Origin: Betaproteobacteria bacterium
GTDB taxonomy: Bacteria; Pseudomonadota; Gammaproteobacteria; Burkholderiales; SHXO01
DNA length: 64,000 nt
Direction of reading: 5' to 3'
Assembly (NCBI GenBank): GCA_025356655.1
Contig: JANXRW010000070.1
Coordinates: 16,620 to 80,619, forward strand
Shown here: positions 46,024 to 56,576 of the stretch, one piece after another
Position numbering within the stretch: position 1 is the first letter of the stretch
How the letters are laid out: each line of letters begins with the position of its first letter
The notes under the pieces: generated by a model
Database searches by the model: none
Seen by the model: the letters and a program-made list of their open reading frames with translations, nothing else
What the model was told of the DNA's origin: nothing
Position numbers and translations under genes: made by a program

Positions 46024-46680
46024 ATGCGCCTCGCACTCTTCGACCTGGACAATACGCTCCTCGCTGGCGACAGCGACTTTGAATGGGCACAGTTCCTCAT
46101 CGAGCACGGCGTGTTGGATCGAGAGGTCTATGACGCGCGCAACCGAGGTTTTTTCGAACAATATCAGGCCGGTACGCTCGATATCCATGAATTCCTCGAC
46201 TTCCAACTGAAGCCCCTGTCGCGTCATCCCCGCCAAGTGCTCGAAGCGTGGCACCGGGAGTTCATGCGCAGCCGAGTGCTCCCGATGATGACCCGCAAGG
46301 CGCGCGATCTGGTAGACAGTCACCACGGTGACGCCCGCGTCGTGGTAACGGCCACCAACCGCTTCGTCACCGCGCCCATCGCTCGCGAGTTCGGCATCGA
46401 GCACCTGATCGCGACGGAACCCGAGGAGGTCGGCGGCGAGTTCACGGGCCGGGTGTCTGGGGTGCCTTCCTTCCGCGAAGGCAAGGTCACGCGCGTGGAG
46501 GCCTGGCTGGCGGAGCGCGGACTTGACTGGCACTCCTTCAAGGACGTCTACTTCTACAGCGATTCGCTCAACGACCTGCCATTGCTCTCGCGGGTAAGCC
46601 AACCGGTGGCGGTGGACCCGGATGAGACGCTGAAGATGCACGCGTTGGCCAAGGGGTGGCCCATCATCAGCCTGCGCTGA
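46024..46680 (+). CDS. HAD-IB family hydrolase (histidinol-phosphatase/SerB-like)
   Basis: LALFDLDNTLLAGDSD, TATNRF, FREGK, FYSDSLNDLPLL. Confidence 0.9.
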   Translation: MRLALFDLDNTLLAGDSDFEWAQFLIEHGVLDREVYDARNRGFFEQYQAGTLDIHEFLDFQLKPLSRHPRQVLEAWHREFMRSRVLPMMTRKARDLVDSHHGDARVVVTATNRFVTAPIAREFGIEHLIATEPEEVGGEFTGRVSGVPSFREGKVTRVEAWLAERGLDWHSFKDVYFYSDSLNDLPLLSRVSQPVAVDPDETLKMHALAKGWPIISLR

Positions 46681-46865
46681 GCCTCGCGCGGTGTTTTGCG
46701 GGCAACCCTTGGGGGTATAATCCGGCGCACGGACCCTGCTTGCCGTGCCCCGGGGTTCCTCGGCCTGCCTCCCCACCTGCGGCGGGGGCCGTCCGTCGCA
46801 CCCAACCCGTCTAGAAGGGATTCAATGGCCGCCTGCCCCTCTTTCACCTCAGTGGTATCCGCCGG

Positions 46866-48224
46866 ATGATCGGAAAGTTTCTCCGTCGCGTGTTTTCCCC
46901 GCGCCGTGCGAATATGCTGCGGCGCCTGCCTCTAGAAGAGCACGGGCTCTCGCGCGACCAGATCAGCTCCTGCGCCCGTCGCACCACCGAAGGGCTTCAG
47001 GCGGCGGGCTTCCAGGCCTACGTGGTGGGTGGCGCCGTGCGCGACCTGCTCGTAGGCATCGTGCCGAAGGATTTCGACGTGGCCACGGACGCCACACCCG
47101 ACCAAGTGCGCGCCACCTTTCGCCGTTCCCGCATCATCGGCCGTCGTTTCCGCTTGGTTCACGTCCTCTGCGGACAGGACACGGTCGAGGTGTCCACCTT
47201 CCGCGGCAGCGCGAACGCCGGTGGGGATTCGGTCGAGCAGGACGAGCATGGCCGTATCCTCCGTGACAACGTTTTCGGGACGTTGGAGGAGGATGCGCTT
47301 CGCCGCGATTTCACGCTGAACGCGCTGTTCTACGATCCCGCCACGCAGGAAATCTTGGATTATTGCGACGGCTACGCTGACCTGCGCGCCCGGCGCATCC
47401 GCGTGATCGGGGACGCCGAGCAGCGCTACCGCGAGGATCCCGTTCGCATGATGCGGGCGGCCCGACTGGGCGCCAAGCTGGGAATGACCATCGAACCGCG
47501 CTCGCGCGCGCCCATCGCGTCGCTCGCCTCGCTGATGGAGAATGTCCCGTCGGCGCGCCTCTTCGACGAGATGCTAAAACTGCTGCTCTCGGGCCATGCA
47601 CGCGAGGGCGTGCTGCGCCTGCGGGCCGAAGGATTGCATCACGGCCTGTTGCCCATGCTCGACGTCATCCTGGAGCAGCCGCTGGGTGAGCGCTTTGTCA
47701 TGCTTGCCCTGGAGCGCACCGACGAGCGCGTGCGCGCGGACAAGCCCGTGTCACCGGCCTTTCTGTTTGCGACACTACTCTGGCACGAGGTGCTCAGCGC
47801 TTGGACCCGTCGTGAGGTGGGCGGCGAGAAGAGTGCATTGGCTCTGATGGAGGCCATGGACGCGGTACTGGCCGCCCAGGCTGGCCGCCTCGCCATCCAC
47901 AAACGCTACCTAGTGGATATCAAAGAGCTGTGGAGCTTGCAGCCGCGCTTCCTTGTGCGAGCGGGCCGCCGGCCCCTGCGACTGCTTGAGCATCTGCGTT
48001 TCCGCGCGGCCTACGATTTCCTGGCACTGCGCTGCGAGAGCGGCGAGTTAGACGCTGAACTGGCCCAGTGGTGGGACCGGTTCGCCGGCGCCTCCGATGT
48101 CGAGCGTGAGGCGATGCTGCTGCCGGAGGAGCCGGGTCAGAAGCGTCGGCGCCGTCGCCGCAAGCCCGCCGGGGCGCCGCGCACCGACGGTTCGGGGCAG
48201 GCGGCGATCGATCCCATTGCCTGA
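46866..48224 (+). CDS. pcnB: Poly(A) polymerase I
   Basis: VGGAVRDLL, PKDFDVAT, IIGRRFRLVHV (PAP signature), RRDFTLNA, REDPVRM; basic C-tail. Confidence 0.96.
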   Translation: MIGKFLRRVFSPRRANMLRRLPLEEHGLSRDQISSCARRTTEGLQAAGFQAYVVGGAVRDLLVGIVPKDFDVATDATPDQVRATFRRSRIIGRRFRLVHVLCGQDTVEVSTFRGSANAGGDSVEQDEHGRILRDNVFGTLEEDALRRDFTLNALFYDPATQEILDYCDGYADLRARRIRVIGDAEQRYREDPVRMMRAARLGAKLGMTIEPRSRAPIASLASLMENVPSARLFDEMLKLLLSGHAREGVLRLRAEGLHHGLLPMLDVILEQPLGERFVMLALERTDERVRADKPVSPAFLFATLLWHEVLSAWTRREVGGEKSALALMEAMDAVLAAQAGRLAIHKRYLVDIKELWSLQPRFLVRAGRRPLRLLEHLRFRAAYDFLALRCESGELDAELAQWWDRFAGASDVEREAMLLPEEPGQKRRRRRRKPAGAPRTDGSGQAAIDPIA

Positions 48225-48729
48225 GGCCCTTCCGTTGGGCCCCGGCGTCGTGCGCGCCTACGTGGGCTTGGGCGCAAACTTGGGCGATCCCCGCGCTCAG
48301 GTACAGGCCGGCTTCGGCGCGCTGGAGGCTATGCCCGGCACGCGCCTAGCCGGCCGATCCTCGCTCTACCTCACGGCACCGCAACTGCTGGCGGACCAGC
48401 CGGATTTCGTCAATGCCGTGGCGGCGCTTGACACCGCGCTGGGGCCGTGTGAGTTGCTCGAGGCGTTGCTCCGCGCTGAGCGCGCTCAGGGGCGTGTGCG
48501 CGGGATTCCCAACGGTCCGCGTACCCTGGATCTGGATCTCCTGCTCTACGGCGCCTTAGTGGTGCAGGAGCCAGGGCTGGTCGTTCCCCATCCGCGGCTG
48601 GCCGAGCGCGCCTTCGTGCTCCATCCTCTGGCCGAACTGGCCCCAGGGCTCGTCGTACCAGGGCTGGGACCGCTCGCTGGGCTGTTGCCAGCGACGGCCG
48701 GGCAGCGCCTGAGGCAATTGCCGCCATGA
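48217..48729 (+). CDS. folK: 6-hydroxymethyl-7,8-dihydropterin pyrophosphokinase
   Basis: AYVGLGANLG, SSLY, FVNAV, GPRTLDLDLL, PHPRLAERAFVL. Confidence 0.95.
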   Translation: MPEALPLGPGVVRAYVGLGANLGDPRAQVQAGFGALEAMPGTRLAGRSSLYLTAPQLLADQPDFVNAVAALDTALGPCELLEALLRAERAQGRVRGIPNGPRTLDLDLLLYGALVVQEPGLVVPHPRLAERAFVLHPLAELAPGLVVPGLGPLAGLLPATAGQRLRQLPP

Positions 48730-48876
48730 GCGGTCGCGCGCGCCCCGATGTTGCGTCGCGCCAGGCCGGGCGGGGCTGCCCGCTAGGGCTGCGATATTTG
48801 CTAGCATGCGCTTCCCCGTGGCGGCCTGCGACGGGCATCCTTGAGAGGGCGGCAGCCGCCGCAGGTGGTGTATCCG

Positions 48877-49515
48877 GTGCTCGATAAGCTTCGTTATGTG
48901 GTGGTGGAAGGGCCCATCGGCGTGGGTAAAACCAGCCTCGCACGCATGCTGAGTCAACGCCTGGACGCCGGGCTGCTGCTCGAGGACCCCGAGGCGAATC
49001 CTTTTTTAGCCAGCTTCTACCAGGACCCCAAGCGCCACGCTCTGGCGGCGCAGCTGTTCTTCCTGTTTCAACGCATTGGACAGGTGGGCGGCCTAAAACA
49101 ACTTGACCTCTTCTCCAGGGCCACCGTCGCGGACTTCCTCTTCGAGAAGGACCCGCTCTTTGCCGAATTGAACCTCGGCGATGAGGAGCATTCGCTCTAT
49201 CGGCTCGTCTACGAGCGGCTCGCCCCGCAGGCACCGGTGCCCGATCTGGTGATCTATCTCCAGGCATCGCTGGCGTCGCTCTCGAACCGCGTTCGCCGCC
49301 GTGGCGCCAATTTTGAGTGGGGGCTGTCCGAGGACTACCTCCGGCGGGTGAGCGAGGCCTATGGCCGGTTCTTTCATCAGTACCGAGGTGCTCCCGTGCT
49401 CATGGTTAACAGCGACCACCTGAATTTCGTCGAGCGTCCCGCAGATTTTGCGCTGCTGGTGGAGCGCATCGATGCCATGCGCGGGGTGCGCGAATTCTTT
49501 TCTCTGCGCCGTTAG
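48877..49515 (+). CDS. Deoxynucleoside kinase
   Basis: VEGPIGVGKTSL, NPFL, QLFFLFQR, PDLVIYL. Confidence 0.92.
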   Translation: MLDKLRYVVVEGPIGVGKTSLARMLSQRLDAGLLLEDPEANPFLASFYQDPKRHALAAQLFFLFQRIGQVGGLKQLDLFSRATVADFLFEKDPLFAELNLGDEEHSLYRLVYERLAPQAPVPDLVIYLQASLASLSNRVRRRGANFEWGLSEDYLRRVSEAYGRFFHQYRGAPVLMVNSDHLNFVERPADFALLVERIDAMRGVREFFSLRR

Positions 49516-49611
49516 GCGCTCGATCTCTCGCGCACGCGCGAAGGCCCTGCAAGAGGCACCTCCGATGACCCGAACTACCCCTGGCCCATGGGCCGATTCC
49601 AGGAGCGCCCC

Positions 49612-50463
49612 GTGGAGGTCATAACCACAATCGCGGATTTGCGCCGCCGCCTGCGCGATGAGCGCCAAGTCGCGTGCGTTCCCACGATGGGCAATATCCA
49701 CGCCGGCCACCTGCGGCTCGTGGCGGAGGCGCATGACCATGCACCTTGCGTGGTGACCACCGTCTTCGTGAATCCGCTGCAGTTCAACCAGCCCGCTGAT
49801 TTCACCAGCTACCCGCGGACCTTCGAGGATGATTGCGCGAAACTCGAAGCCGCTGGCGTACACGTGGTTTTCCACCCGACCGAGGGGCAAATCTATCCGG
49901 AGGCCCAAGTCTTCATCGTGGAGCCCCCGCCCATCGCGAACAAGCTCGAGGGCCGTTTCCGGCCAGGGCACTTCCGTGGCATGACCACGGTGGTGCTTAA
50001 GCTGCTCAACATCGTTCAACCCCAGGTGGCGGTGTTCGGCAAGAAGGACTTCCAGCAGTTGCACATCGTGCGCCACATGGTCCAGCAGCTGGCGCTGCCG
50101 GTGCAGATCGTCGCGGTGGAGACCCTGCGCGCGCCGGACGGCCTCGCGCTTAGTTCGCGCAACCGCTTCCTGAGCGCCGAGCAGCGCCTCGAAGCGACCC
50201 GGCTCTACCGGGCACTGAGTGACTTGAAGGCCGCAATCGAAGCCGGTGACCGGAATTTCGCGGCCATGGAGTTTGCCGCGGACGCATCACTCGCACGCTA
50301 CGGCTGGCAGGTGGACTACGTGGCGCTACGACGCCCGCTCACGCTCACCGCCCCGGAGCCGGGCGACCGTGAATTCGTGGGCTTGGGCGCCGCCCGCCTG
50401 GGCGAGACCCGCCTCATCGACAATATGGAGATCTTCGCGGCTCAGCCCGTGGGCAACCCATAG
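49612..50463 (+). CDS. panC: Pantoate-beta-alanine ligase
   Basis: [47 protein letters not shown]. Confidence 0.96.
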   Translation: MEVITTIADLRRRLRDERQVACVPTMGNIHAGHLRLVAEAHDHAPCVVTTVFVNPLQFNQPADFTSYPRTFEDDCAKLEAAGVHVVFHPTEGQIYPEAQVFIVEPPPIANKLEGRFRPGHFRGMTTVVLKLLNIVQPQVAVFGKKDFQQLHIVRHMVQQLALPVQIVAVETLRAPDGLALSSRNRFLSAEQRLEATRLYRALSDLKAAIEAGDRNFAAMEFAADASLARYGWQVDYVALRRPLTLTAPEPGDREFVGLGAARLGETRLIDNMEIFAAQPVGNP

Positions 50464-52067
50464 TTACGAAACTGCTCGCGCAGGCGCGTCTTGAGTAGTT
50501 TTCCGGTGGCGGTGTGGGGGAGTTGGTCAAGGAAGACGACATCGTCCGGGATCCACCACTTCGCCACCCGTCCCTCGAAGTAGCGCAGCATCTCCTCGCG
50601 CTCCAGCGTGGCACCGGGTTTGCGCACCACCAGGAGCAGCGGGCGCTCATCCCATTTGGGGTGAGGCACGCCCACCACCGCCGCCTCGGCCACGGCTGGA
50701 TGGCCTACCGCCGTGTTTTCCAGGTCGATGGAACTGATCCACTCGCCACCGGACTTGATCACATCCTTGGAACGGTCGGTGATCTGCATGTAACCGTCGC
50801 CGTCGATGGTGGCCACGTCGCCCGTAGGAAACCAGCCATCGATCAGCGGATCGCCGCCCTCACCGCGGAAGTACTGGCGGCAGATCCAGGGGCCGCGCAC
50901 CATCAGGTTGCCGTAGGCTTGCCCATCGTGGGGTAACGCCTTGCCGTCGTCGTCGATGATCTTCATCTCCACGCCGTGGATGGGGCGCCCCTGCTTGCCT
51001 TGCAGTGCAAGGCGCTGCTCAGCATCGAGCGCGGCGTGCTTAGCTTTGAAGGAGTTGACCGTGCCCAGCGGACTGAGCTCCGTCATACCCCAGGCGTGCA
51101 ATACCTGCACGCCGTAATCCTGCTCGAAGCTGCGGATCATGGCCGGTGGACAGGCGGATCCGCCGATGACCGTGCGGCGTAAGGTGCTAAAACGCAGGCC
51201 GTTGCGCTCCATGTGCTGCAACAGGCCTAGCCATACCGTGGGAACGCCGGCGGAACAGGTCACCCCCTCTGTCTCGAAGAGCTCATGGATGCTGGCGCCG
51301 TCCATGGCCGCCCCGGGGAACACCAGCTTCGCGCCCGTGAGCGCGCAGCTGTAAGGCAGCCCCCAGGCGTTGACATGGAACATCGGCACTACCGGCAGAA
51401 TCACGTCACGCGCGGAGAGGTTCAGTGCATCGGGCAAGCAGGCAGCAAAGGCGTGCAGCACAGTGGAACGGTGGCTGAAGAGCACGCCCTTGGGATTGCC
51501 CGTAGTCCCCGAGGTGTAGCACAGCGACGAGGCGCTATTCTCGTCCAGCTCAGGCCACTCGAATTCATCGCCGTGGCCGTGGATCAGGTCCTCGTAGCAC
51601 AGCAGATTCGGCAGCGTCGAGGCCGGCATGTGCTCCCGGTCGGTCATGAGCACCCATCCGGACACACCCGGGCACAGGGGTGCGAGTTTTTCCACGAGAG
51701 GTAAGAAGGTGAGGTCGAGGAAGACAAACCGATCTTCAGCGTGATTGATGATGTAGGTGATCTGCTCGGGAAACAGCCTCGGGTTGATGGTGTGGCACAC
51801 CGCGGCCGATCCCGACACCGCGTAGTAGATCTCGAAGTGACGGTACCCGTTCCAGGCCAGGGTGCCCACGCGCTCGCCGGGCTTCACGCCCAATGCCGCC
51901 AACGCGTTGGCCAACTGCCGAATGCGCCCGTGGGCGTCGGCGTAGGTGTACCGGTGGATGCCGCCCTCGATGCGGCGGGAGACGATCTCCGTGTCGCCAT
52001 GGAAGTTCGCGGCGTGACGGATCAATGCGGATATAGTCAACGGCAGATTCATCATCAGGCCCTGCAT
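50442..52067 (-). CDS. Acyl-CoA ligase, DmdB/AlkK family (3-methylmercaptopropionyl-CoA ligase-like)
   Basis: MQGLMM start, [55 protein letters not shown]. Confidence 0.9.
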   Translation of the reverse strand: MQGLMMNLPLTISALIRHAANFHGDTEIVSRRIEGGIHRYTYADAHGRIRQLANALAALGVKPGERVGTLAWNGYRHFEIYYAVSGSAAVCHTINPRLFPEQITYIINHAEDRFVFLDLTFLPLVEKLAPLCPGVSGWVLMTDREHMPASTLPNLLCYEDLIHGHGDEFEWPELDENSASSLCYTSGTTGNPKGVLFSHRSTVLHAFAACLPDALNLSARDVILPVVPMFHVNAWGLPYSCALTGAKLVFPGAAMDGASIHELFETEGVTCSAGVPTVWLGLLQHMERNGLRFSTLRRTVIGGSACPPAMIRSFEQDYGVQVLHAWGMTELSPLGTVNSFKAKHAALDAEQRLALQGKQGRPIHGVEMKIIDDDGKALPHDGQAYGNLMVRGPWICRQYFRGEGGDPLIDGWFPTGDVATIDGDGYMQITDRSKDVIKSGGEWISSIDLENTAVGHPAVAEAAVVGVPHPKWDERPLLLVVRKPGATLEREEMLRYFEGRVAKWWIPDDVVFLDQLPHTATGKLLKTRLREQFRNYGLPTG

Positions 52068-52309
52068 GAGGAGCACCTCCGGTAGCGTGTGCAGGTGGAA
52101 TCACCGCTTGATTCTAGCAGTTATGGGGGCCACGGCCGCGCCTTGGCGGGCGCCCGGTTTCGGTTGCCAATCGCCGGAGTTTGTAAGTAGAATCCGGCGC
52201 AACGGGGCAGGCCCGCGCCCGCCCGCAGCCGAAGCGCAGGCGCTCTCCGAAGCGCACACAAAAACATCACTGTCGGCTTATCGAGGGGGCCCCTGGGGCC
52301 CAACTAATC

Positions 52310-53563
52310 ATGCCAAGGATTCCCGTTCTGTTTCGTTGCGGCGCGGTACTTTTCGCCGCGCTTTGTTGCGGCGCAGCGCAGGCCGCTGACCCCATCGTCC
52401 TGGGCTTTGTGGACGGGCTCAGCGGTTCCTTTGCCAATGTGGGCGAAGCGGGGCTGCGCCACCTGCAGATCGCCGTGGAGGATGTCAACGCCCGGGGCGG
52501 GGTGCTGGGTGGGCGCAAGTTCGAGGTGCTCAGTTTCGACACCAAGAGCAGCGCGCAGGAGGCCCAGCTTGTATTCAAGCAGGCCGTCGATCGCGGCGTT
52601 CGCTATATCTTTCAGGGCAACGGCTCCAACGTCGCGTTGGCGCTCTCCGAGGCGGTTGCCAAGAACAACGCGCGCGATCCGGGTCAGGCCGTGCTCTTCA
52701 TGAACTTTGCCGCGGTGGACCCCGCACTCACCAACGAGCGTTGCAACTTCTGGCACTTCCGGCTCGATGCCGATAGCGACATGAAGATGCAGGCGGTGAC
52801 CAACTACATCGCGCGCCAACCCGGGGTGCGCAAGATCTACCTCATCAACCAGGACTATTCCTTCGGCCAGTCGGTGGCGCGTACGGCGCGCGCCATGCTG
52901 CTCGCGAAGCGGCCCGACATCCAAGTGGTGGGAGACGACCTGCACCCCATGGGCAAGGTCAAGGACTTTGCGCCTTATGTGGCGAAGATCAAGGCCTCGG
53001 GCGCCGACACCGTGATCACCGGCAACTGGGGCAACGATATCAACCTGCTGGTCAAGGCCGGCCGGGATGCCGGGCTCGCGGTGGACTACTACACCTACTA
53101 TGCCGGCGGCTTCGGCGCGGTGAGCGTGTTGGGCGAAGCGGGCGTGAATCACACCAAGCAGGTCACCATTTGGCATCCCAACATCGGCGGACGGGGTGCT
53201 GCCGAGCACTTTCAGGCCTATCGGAAGCGCTTCCCAGAGGGCCGTGAAGATCTCTACTACGCGGCGATCCGCCACGGTGTCGAGTTGCTCGCCGCGGCCA
53301 TCGAGCGGGCCCGCTCGACCGAGCCGCTCGCCGTGGCCCGGGCCCTGGAGGGCCTTCGCATCGACCAGGACGCGGGCGAGCTGTACGTGCGCGCGGACAA
53401 CCACCAAGTGATCCAGCCCATTTTTCTGTCGACGCTGGTGAAGGCCAACGGTAAGGATGTGCGCTTCGACGCGGAGAAGACCGGCTTTGGATTCCGCACC
53501 GACGCCCGGGTCGAAGGCCGCGACACCTTGCTTCCCACAGCCTGTAAGATGCAGAGGCCCTGA
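52310..53563 (+). CDS. LIV-family ABC transporter substrate-binding protein
   Basis: Signal peptide; DGLSG, QGNGS, CNFWHFR, NQDYSFG, ITGNWGND. Confidence 0.9.
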   Translation: MPRIPVLFRCGAVLFAALCCGAAQAADPIVLGFVDGLSGSFANVGEAGLRHLQIAVEDVNARGGVLGGRKFEVLSFDTKSSAQEAQLVFKQAVDRGVRYIFQGNGSNVALALSEAVAKNNARDPGQAVLFMNFAAVDPALTNERCNFWHFRLDADSDMKMQAVTNYIARQPGVRKIYLINQDYSFGQSVARTARAMLLAKRPDIQVVGDDLHPMGKVKDFAPYVAKIKASGADTVITGNWGNDINLLVKAGRDAGLAVDYYTYYAGGFGAVSVLGEAGVNHTKQVTIWHPNIGGRGAAEHFQAYRKRFPEGREDLYYAAIRHGVELLAAAIERARSTEPLAVARALEGLRIDQDAGELYVRADNHQVIQPIFLSTLVKANGKDVRFDAEKTGFGFRTDARVEGRDTLLPTACKMQRP

Positions 53564-53617
53564 GGGTCGCCACTGCCGGGCGGCAGCACCCAGGCGCGGA
53601 TAGGGAGACAAGACCTC

Positions 53618-54565
53618 GTGGAATTCTTTGTTGTCCAGTTGCTCAACAGCCTCTCCTACGGGCTGCTGCTGTTCATGCTCTCGAGCGGGCTCACCCTGAT
53701 CTTCAGCATGATGGGGGTGCTCAACTTCGCCCACGCGAGCTTCTACATGCTGGGTGCCTATTTTGCCTATCAGATCAGCCGCTATGTGGGGTTCTGGCCG
53801 GCGCTGGCGATCGCTCCCTTGCTGGTCGGCGCCCTGGGGGCGATGACCGAGCGCTTCGGGCTCCGCACCGTGCACAAGTACGGCCACGTGGCGGAACTGC
53901 TGTTTACCTTCGGTCTGTTCTACCTGATCGAGGAGGTGGTGCACTTGGTCTGGGGGCGCGCCCCGGTCGACTACCGCATTCCCCAGGCGCTGGACTTTGC
54001 CGCATTCACTATCTTCAGCACCAGCTACCCCGCCTATCGGGTGTTCATGATGGGCGTATCCGTGGCCATGCTGTTGGGCTTGTTTCTGCTGCTCACGCGC
54101 ACGCGTATCGGAACCATTATCCAGGCCTCGCTCACCCATCCCCACATGGTCGAGGCGCTCGGGCATGACGTTCCGCGCATCTTCATGCTGGTCTTTGGCG
54201 GCGGGGCGGCCCTGGCCGGCGTGGCGGGGGTCATCGGCGGTAACGCCTTCGTTACCGAGCCTGGGATGGCCTCCGCGGTTGGCAGCATCGTATTCGTGGT
54301 GGTGGTGTTCGGCGGCATGGGTTCGCTCGCGGGGGCCTTTGTCGCCTCGCTCTTCTTCGGCGCCATCCAGACCTACACGGTAGCCATGGACTACTCGCTG
54401 CTGGATTTGGCTGCCCGGCTGGGAATGGGAATCGCGGCCGACTCGCCCGTGCGTGGGTTGCTCTCCGTGAGCGTGGCGCAGACCGCCCCGGTATTGCCTT
54501 ACCTGCTCATGGTGTTGATGCTTATCGTCCGGCCCACGGGCCTTATGGGAACGCGGGAGACCTGA
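53618..54565 (+). CDS. LIV-family ABC permease (LivH-like)
   Basis: SGLTLIFSMMGVLNFAH, GGMGS, RPTGLMG. Confidence 0.92.
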   Translation: MEFFVVQLLNSLSYGLLLFMLSSGLTLIFSMMGVLNFAHASFYMLGAYFAYQISRYVGFWPALAIAPLLVGALGAMTERFGLRTVHKYGHVAELLFTFGLFYLIEEVVHLVWGRAPVDYRIPQALDFAAFTIFSTSYPAYRVFMMGVSVAMLLGLFLLLTRTRIGTIIQASLTHPHMVEALGHDVPRIFMLVFGGGAALAGVAGVIGGNAFVTEPGMASAVGSIVFVVVVFGGMGSLAGAFVASLFFGAIQTYTVAMDYSLLDLAARLGMGIAADSPVRGLLSVSVAQTAPVLPYLLMVLMLIVRPTGLMGTRET

Positions 54566-54567
54566 GC

Positions 54568-55830
54568 ATGACCCTTTCACCGTTTCTACGCCGCCTCGGG
54601 CTTTGGGGAATCACCGCGCTGGTGATGGTGGTTCTGCCGCTACTGCTGCGGCAGGGTTTCGCGCTATCCATGCTGAGCCAGATGGGCATCGCGGTCATCT
54701 TCGCCTTGTCCTACAACATGCTGCTCGGACAAACGGGCATGCTCTCCTTCGGCCACGCGGTCTATTACGGGTTGGGTGCCTACTTCTCGGCGCATGCCTT
54801 GAATGCCATCGGCGCCGGCAAGCTGGGCATCCCGGTGACGCTGTTGCCCCTGGTGGGCGGGGTCGCCGGGCTTAGCTTCGGAATAGTCTTCGGCTACGTC
54901 ACCACCAAGCGCTCGGGCACGCCCTTCGCCATGATCTCGCTGGGTATCGCCGAGATGGTGGCCGCCTGTGCGCTGATGTTCCCCGGCTTCTTCGGCGGGG
55001 AGGGGGGAATCGCTACCAACCGCCAAGTGGGCAGCGCCTGGCTGGGCATCACCTACGGTCCGCAAATCCAGGTCTACTACTTGATCGCCGGTTGGTGTCT
55101 GCTCAGCATGATCGCCATGTTCGCGCTCACCCACACCCCCCTGGGGCGTATGGCCAACGCCGTGCGCGACAACGCCGAGCGGGTGCGCTTCGTGGGCTAC
55201 AACCCCACCCGGATTCGCTTCATGATGCTCTGCCTGTCAACTTTCTTCGCTGGCGTGGCGGGGGGGCTTGGCGCGATCAACTACGAGCTCGTCACCGCGG
55301 AGAACGTGGGCACGGTGGTGTCCGGCAACGTCCTCGTGATGGCTTTCATCGGCGGGGTCGGGCATTTCTTCGGGCCGATCATCGGGGCCGTCCTGGTCTC
55401 CTTCCTGCAGTCGGCCCTATCCAGCTACACGCAGGCTTGGCTGCTCTACTTCGGACTTTTCTTTATGGTTATGGTCCTGTTCGCGCCCGGCGGTATGGCC
55501 AGCCTGATCATGATCCACGCACCGGTTGTGCGCGCCAAACGAATGGGCACACTCGCCCTGCCTTACCTGGTGTCCGGCCTGTTGGCCCTGGTGATGCTGG
55601 CGGGGCTGGTCGGGTTGGTGGAAATGATCTACTTCCTCGAAACCGGCGCCGAGGTCGGCAAACCGCTCAAGCTATTCGGGCTCGCCCTGATGCCCTCGAC
55701 GACCGGACCGTGGGTGGGGGCCATGGCGGTCATGCTGGGCGGCGCCGCCGCTTTCGCCTGGTCGCTGCGGCTGGTGCGCGATGCCTGGGCGAGGGTGCAC
55801 GCCTACCTCCAGGTGCAGGAGGGGCTATGA
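54568..55830 (+). CDS. LIV-family ABC permease (LivM-like)
   Basis: LLGQTGMLSFGHA, GGEGG, AVRDN, GPIIGA. Confidence 0.92.
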   Translation: MTLSPFLRRLGLWGITALVMVVLPLLLRQGFALSMLSQMGIAVIFALSYNMLLGQTGMLSFGHAVYYGLGAYFSAHALNAIGAGKLGIPVTLLPLVGGVAGLSFGIVFGYVTTKRSGTPFAMISLGIAEMVAACALMFPGFFGGEGGIATNRQVGSAWLGITYGPQIQVYYLIAGWCLLSMIAMFALTHTPLGRMANAVRDNAERVRFVGYNPTRIRFMMLCLSTFFAGVAGGLGAINYELVTAENVGTVVSGNVLVMAFIGGVGHFFGPIIGAVLVSFLQSALSSYTQAWLLYFGLFFMVMVLFAPGGMASLIMIHAPVVRAKRMGTLALPYLVSGLLALVMLAGLVGLVEMIYFLETGAEVGKPLKLFGLALMPSTTGPWVGAMAVMLGGAAAFAWSLRLVRDAWARVHAYLQVQEGL

Positions 55831-56576
55831 GCGCCCCGGCACTGGAACTACGCGCCGTCCACAAGTCCTTCGGCAAGACGGCGATCATCAATGGGGTCGA
55901 TCTGTCCATTGCCAAGGGCGAGCGCCACGCCATTATAGGTCCCAACGGGGCCGGCAAATCCACGCTCTTCAACCTGATCAGTGCGCGCTTCCCCTTGACC
56001 TCGGGCGACATCGTCCTGCACGGCGAGCCTGTCACGGGTTTGCCACCCCAGGAGATCAACCGCCGGGGGCTCGGCCGAAGCTTTCAGATCACCAACATCT
56101 TTCCGCGCCTGTCCGTGTTCGAGAACGTGCGCTGCGCGGTGTTGTGGTCCATGGGATATCGCTACTCGTTCTGGCATCGGGTGAGCGCCCTGCGGGCGGT
56201 GCGCGAGCGGGCCGACGAGGTCGTCTCGCTCATCGGGATGGAGCGGCGTCGCGACCGGTTGGCCGGCGTGCTCTCCTACGCCGAGCAGCGCGCGCTGGAG
56301 ATCGGGGTGACGGTGGCCGGCGGGGCCGACGTGATCCTGCTCGACGAACCCACCGCTGGCATGAGCCGCAGCGAGACTGAAGATGCGGTCGAACTGATTC
56401 GCACCGTCTCCGAAGGCAAGACCTTGGTCATGGTGGAGCACGACATGGGGGTGGTGTTCGGTTTGGCTGATCGTATCTCCGTGCTGGTCTACGGCCGGGT
56501 GCTTGCCTCCGACGTCCCCACTGCGATCCGCTCCAACAAGGCGGTACAGGAAGCTTACCTGGGAGCCGAAGACTGA
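55827..56576 (+). CDS. LIV-family ABC ATPase (LivG-like)
   Basis: GPNGAGKST, RSFQI, LLDEPTAGM, VEHDM, EAYLG; ATGA overlap. Confidence 0.93.
   Translation: MSAPALELRAVHKSFGKTAIINGVDLSIAKGERHAIIGPNGAGKSTLFNLISARFPLTSGDIVLHGEPVTGLPPQEINRRGLGRSFQITNIFPRLSVFENVRCAVLWSMGYRYSFWHRVSALRAVRERADEVVSLIGMERRRDRLAGVLSYAEQRALEIGVTVAGGADVILLDEPTAGMSRSETEDAVELIRTVSEGKTLVMVEHDMGVVFGLADRISVLVYGRVLASDVPTAIRSNKAVQEAYLGAED

Noticed and set aside
52304-54580. 758-aa antisense ORF over the LIV binding protein and permease, and similar long antisense ORFs over purM, qor and the acyl-CoA dehydrogenase
   Set aside because: Expected in high-GC coding DNA; the opposite strand carries well-supported genes.
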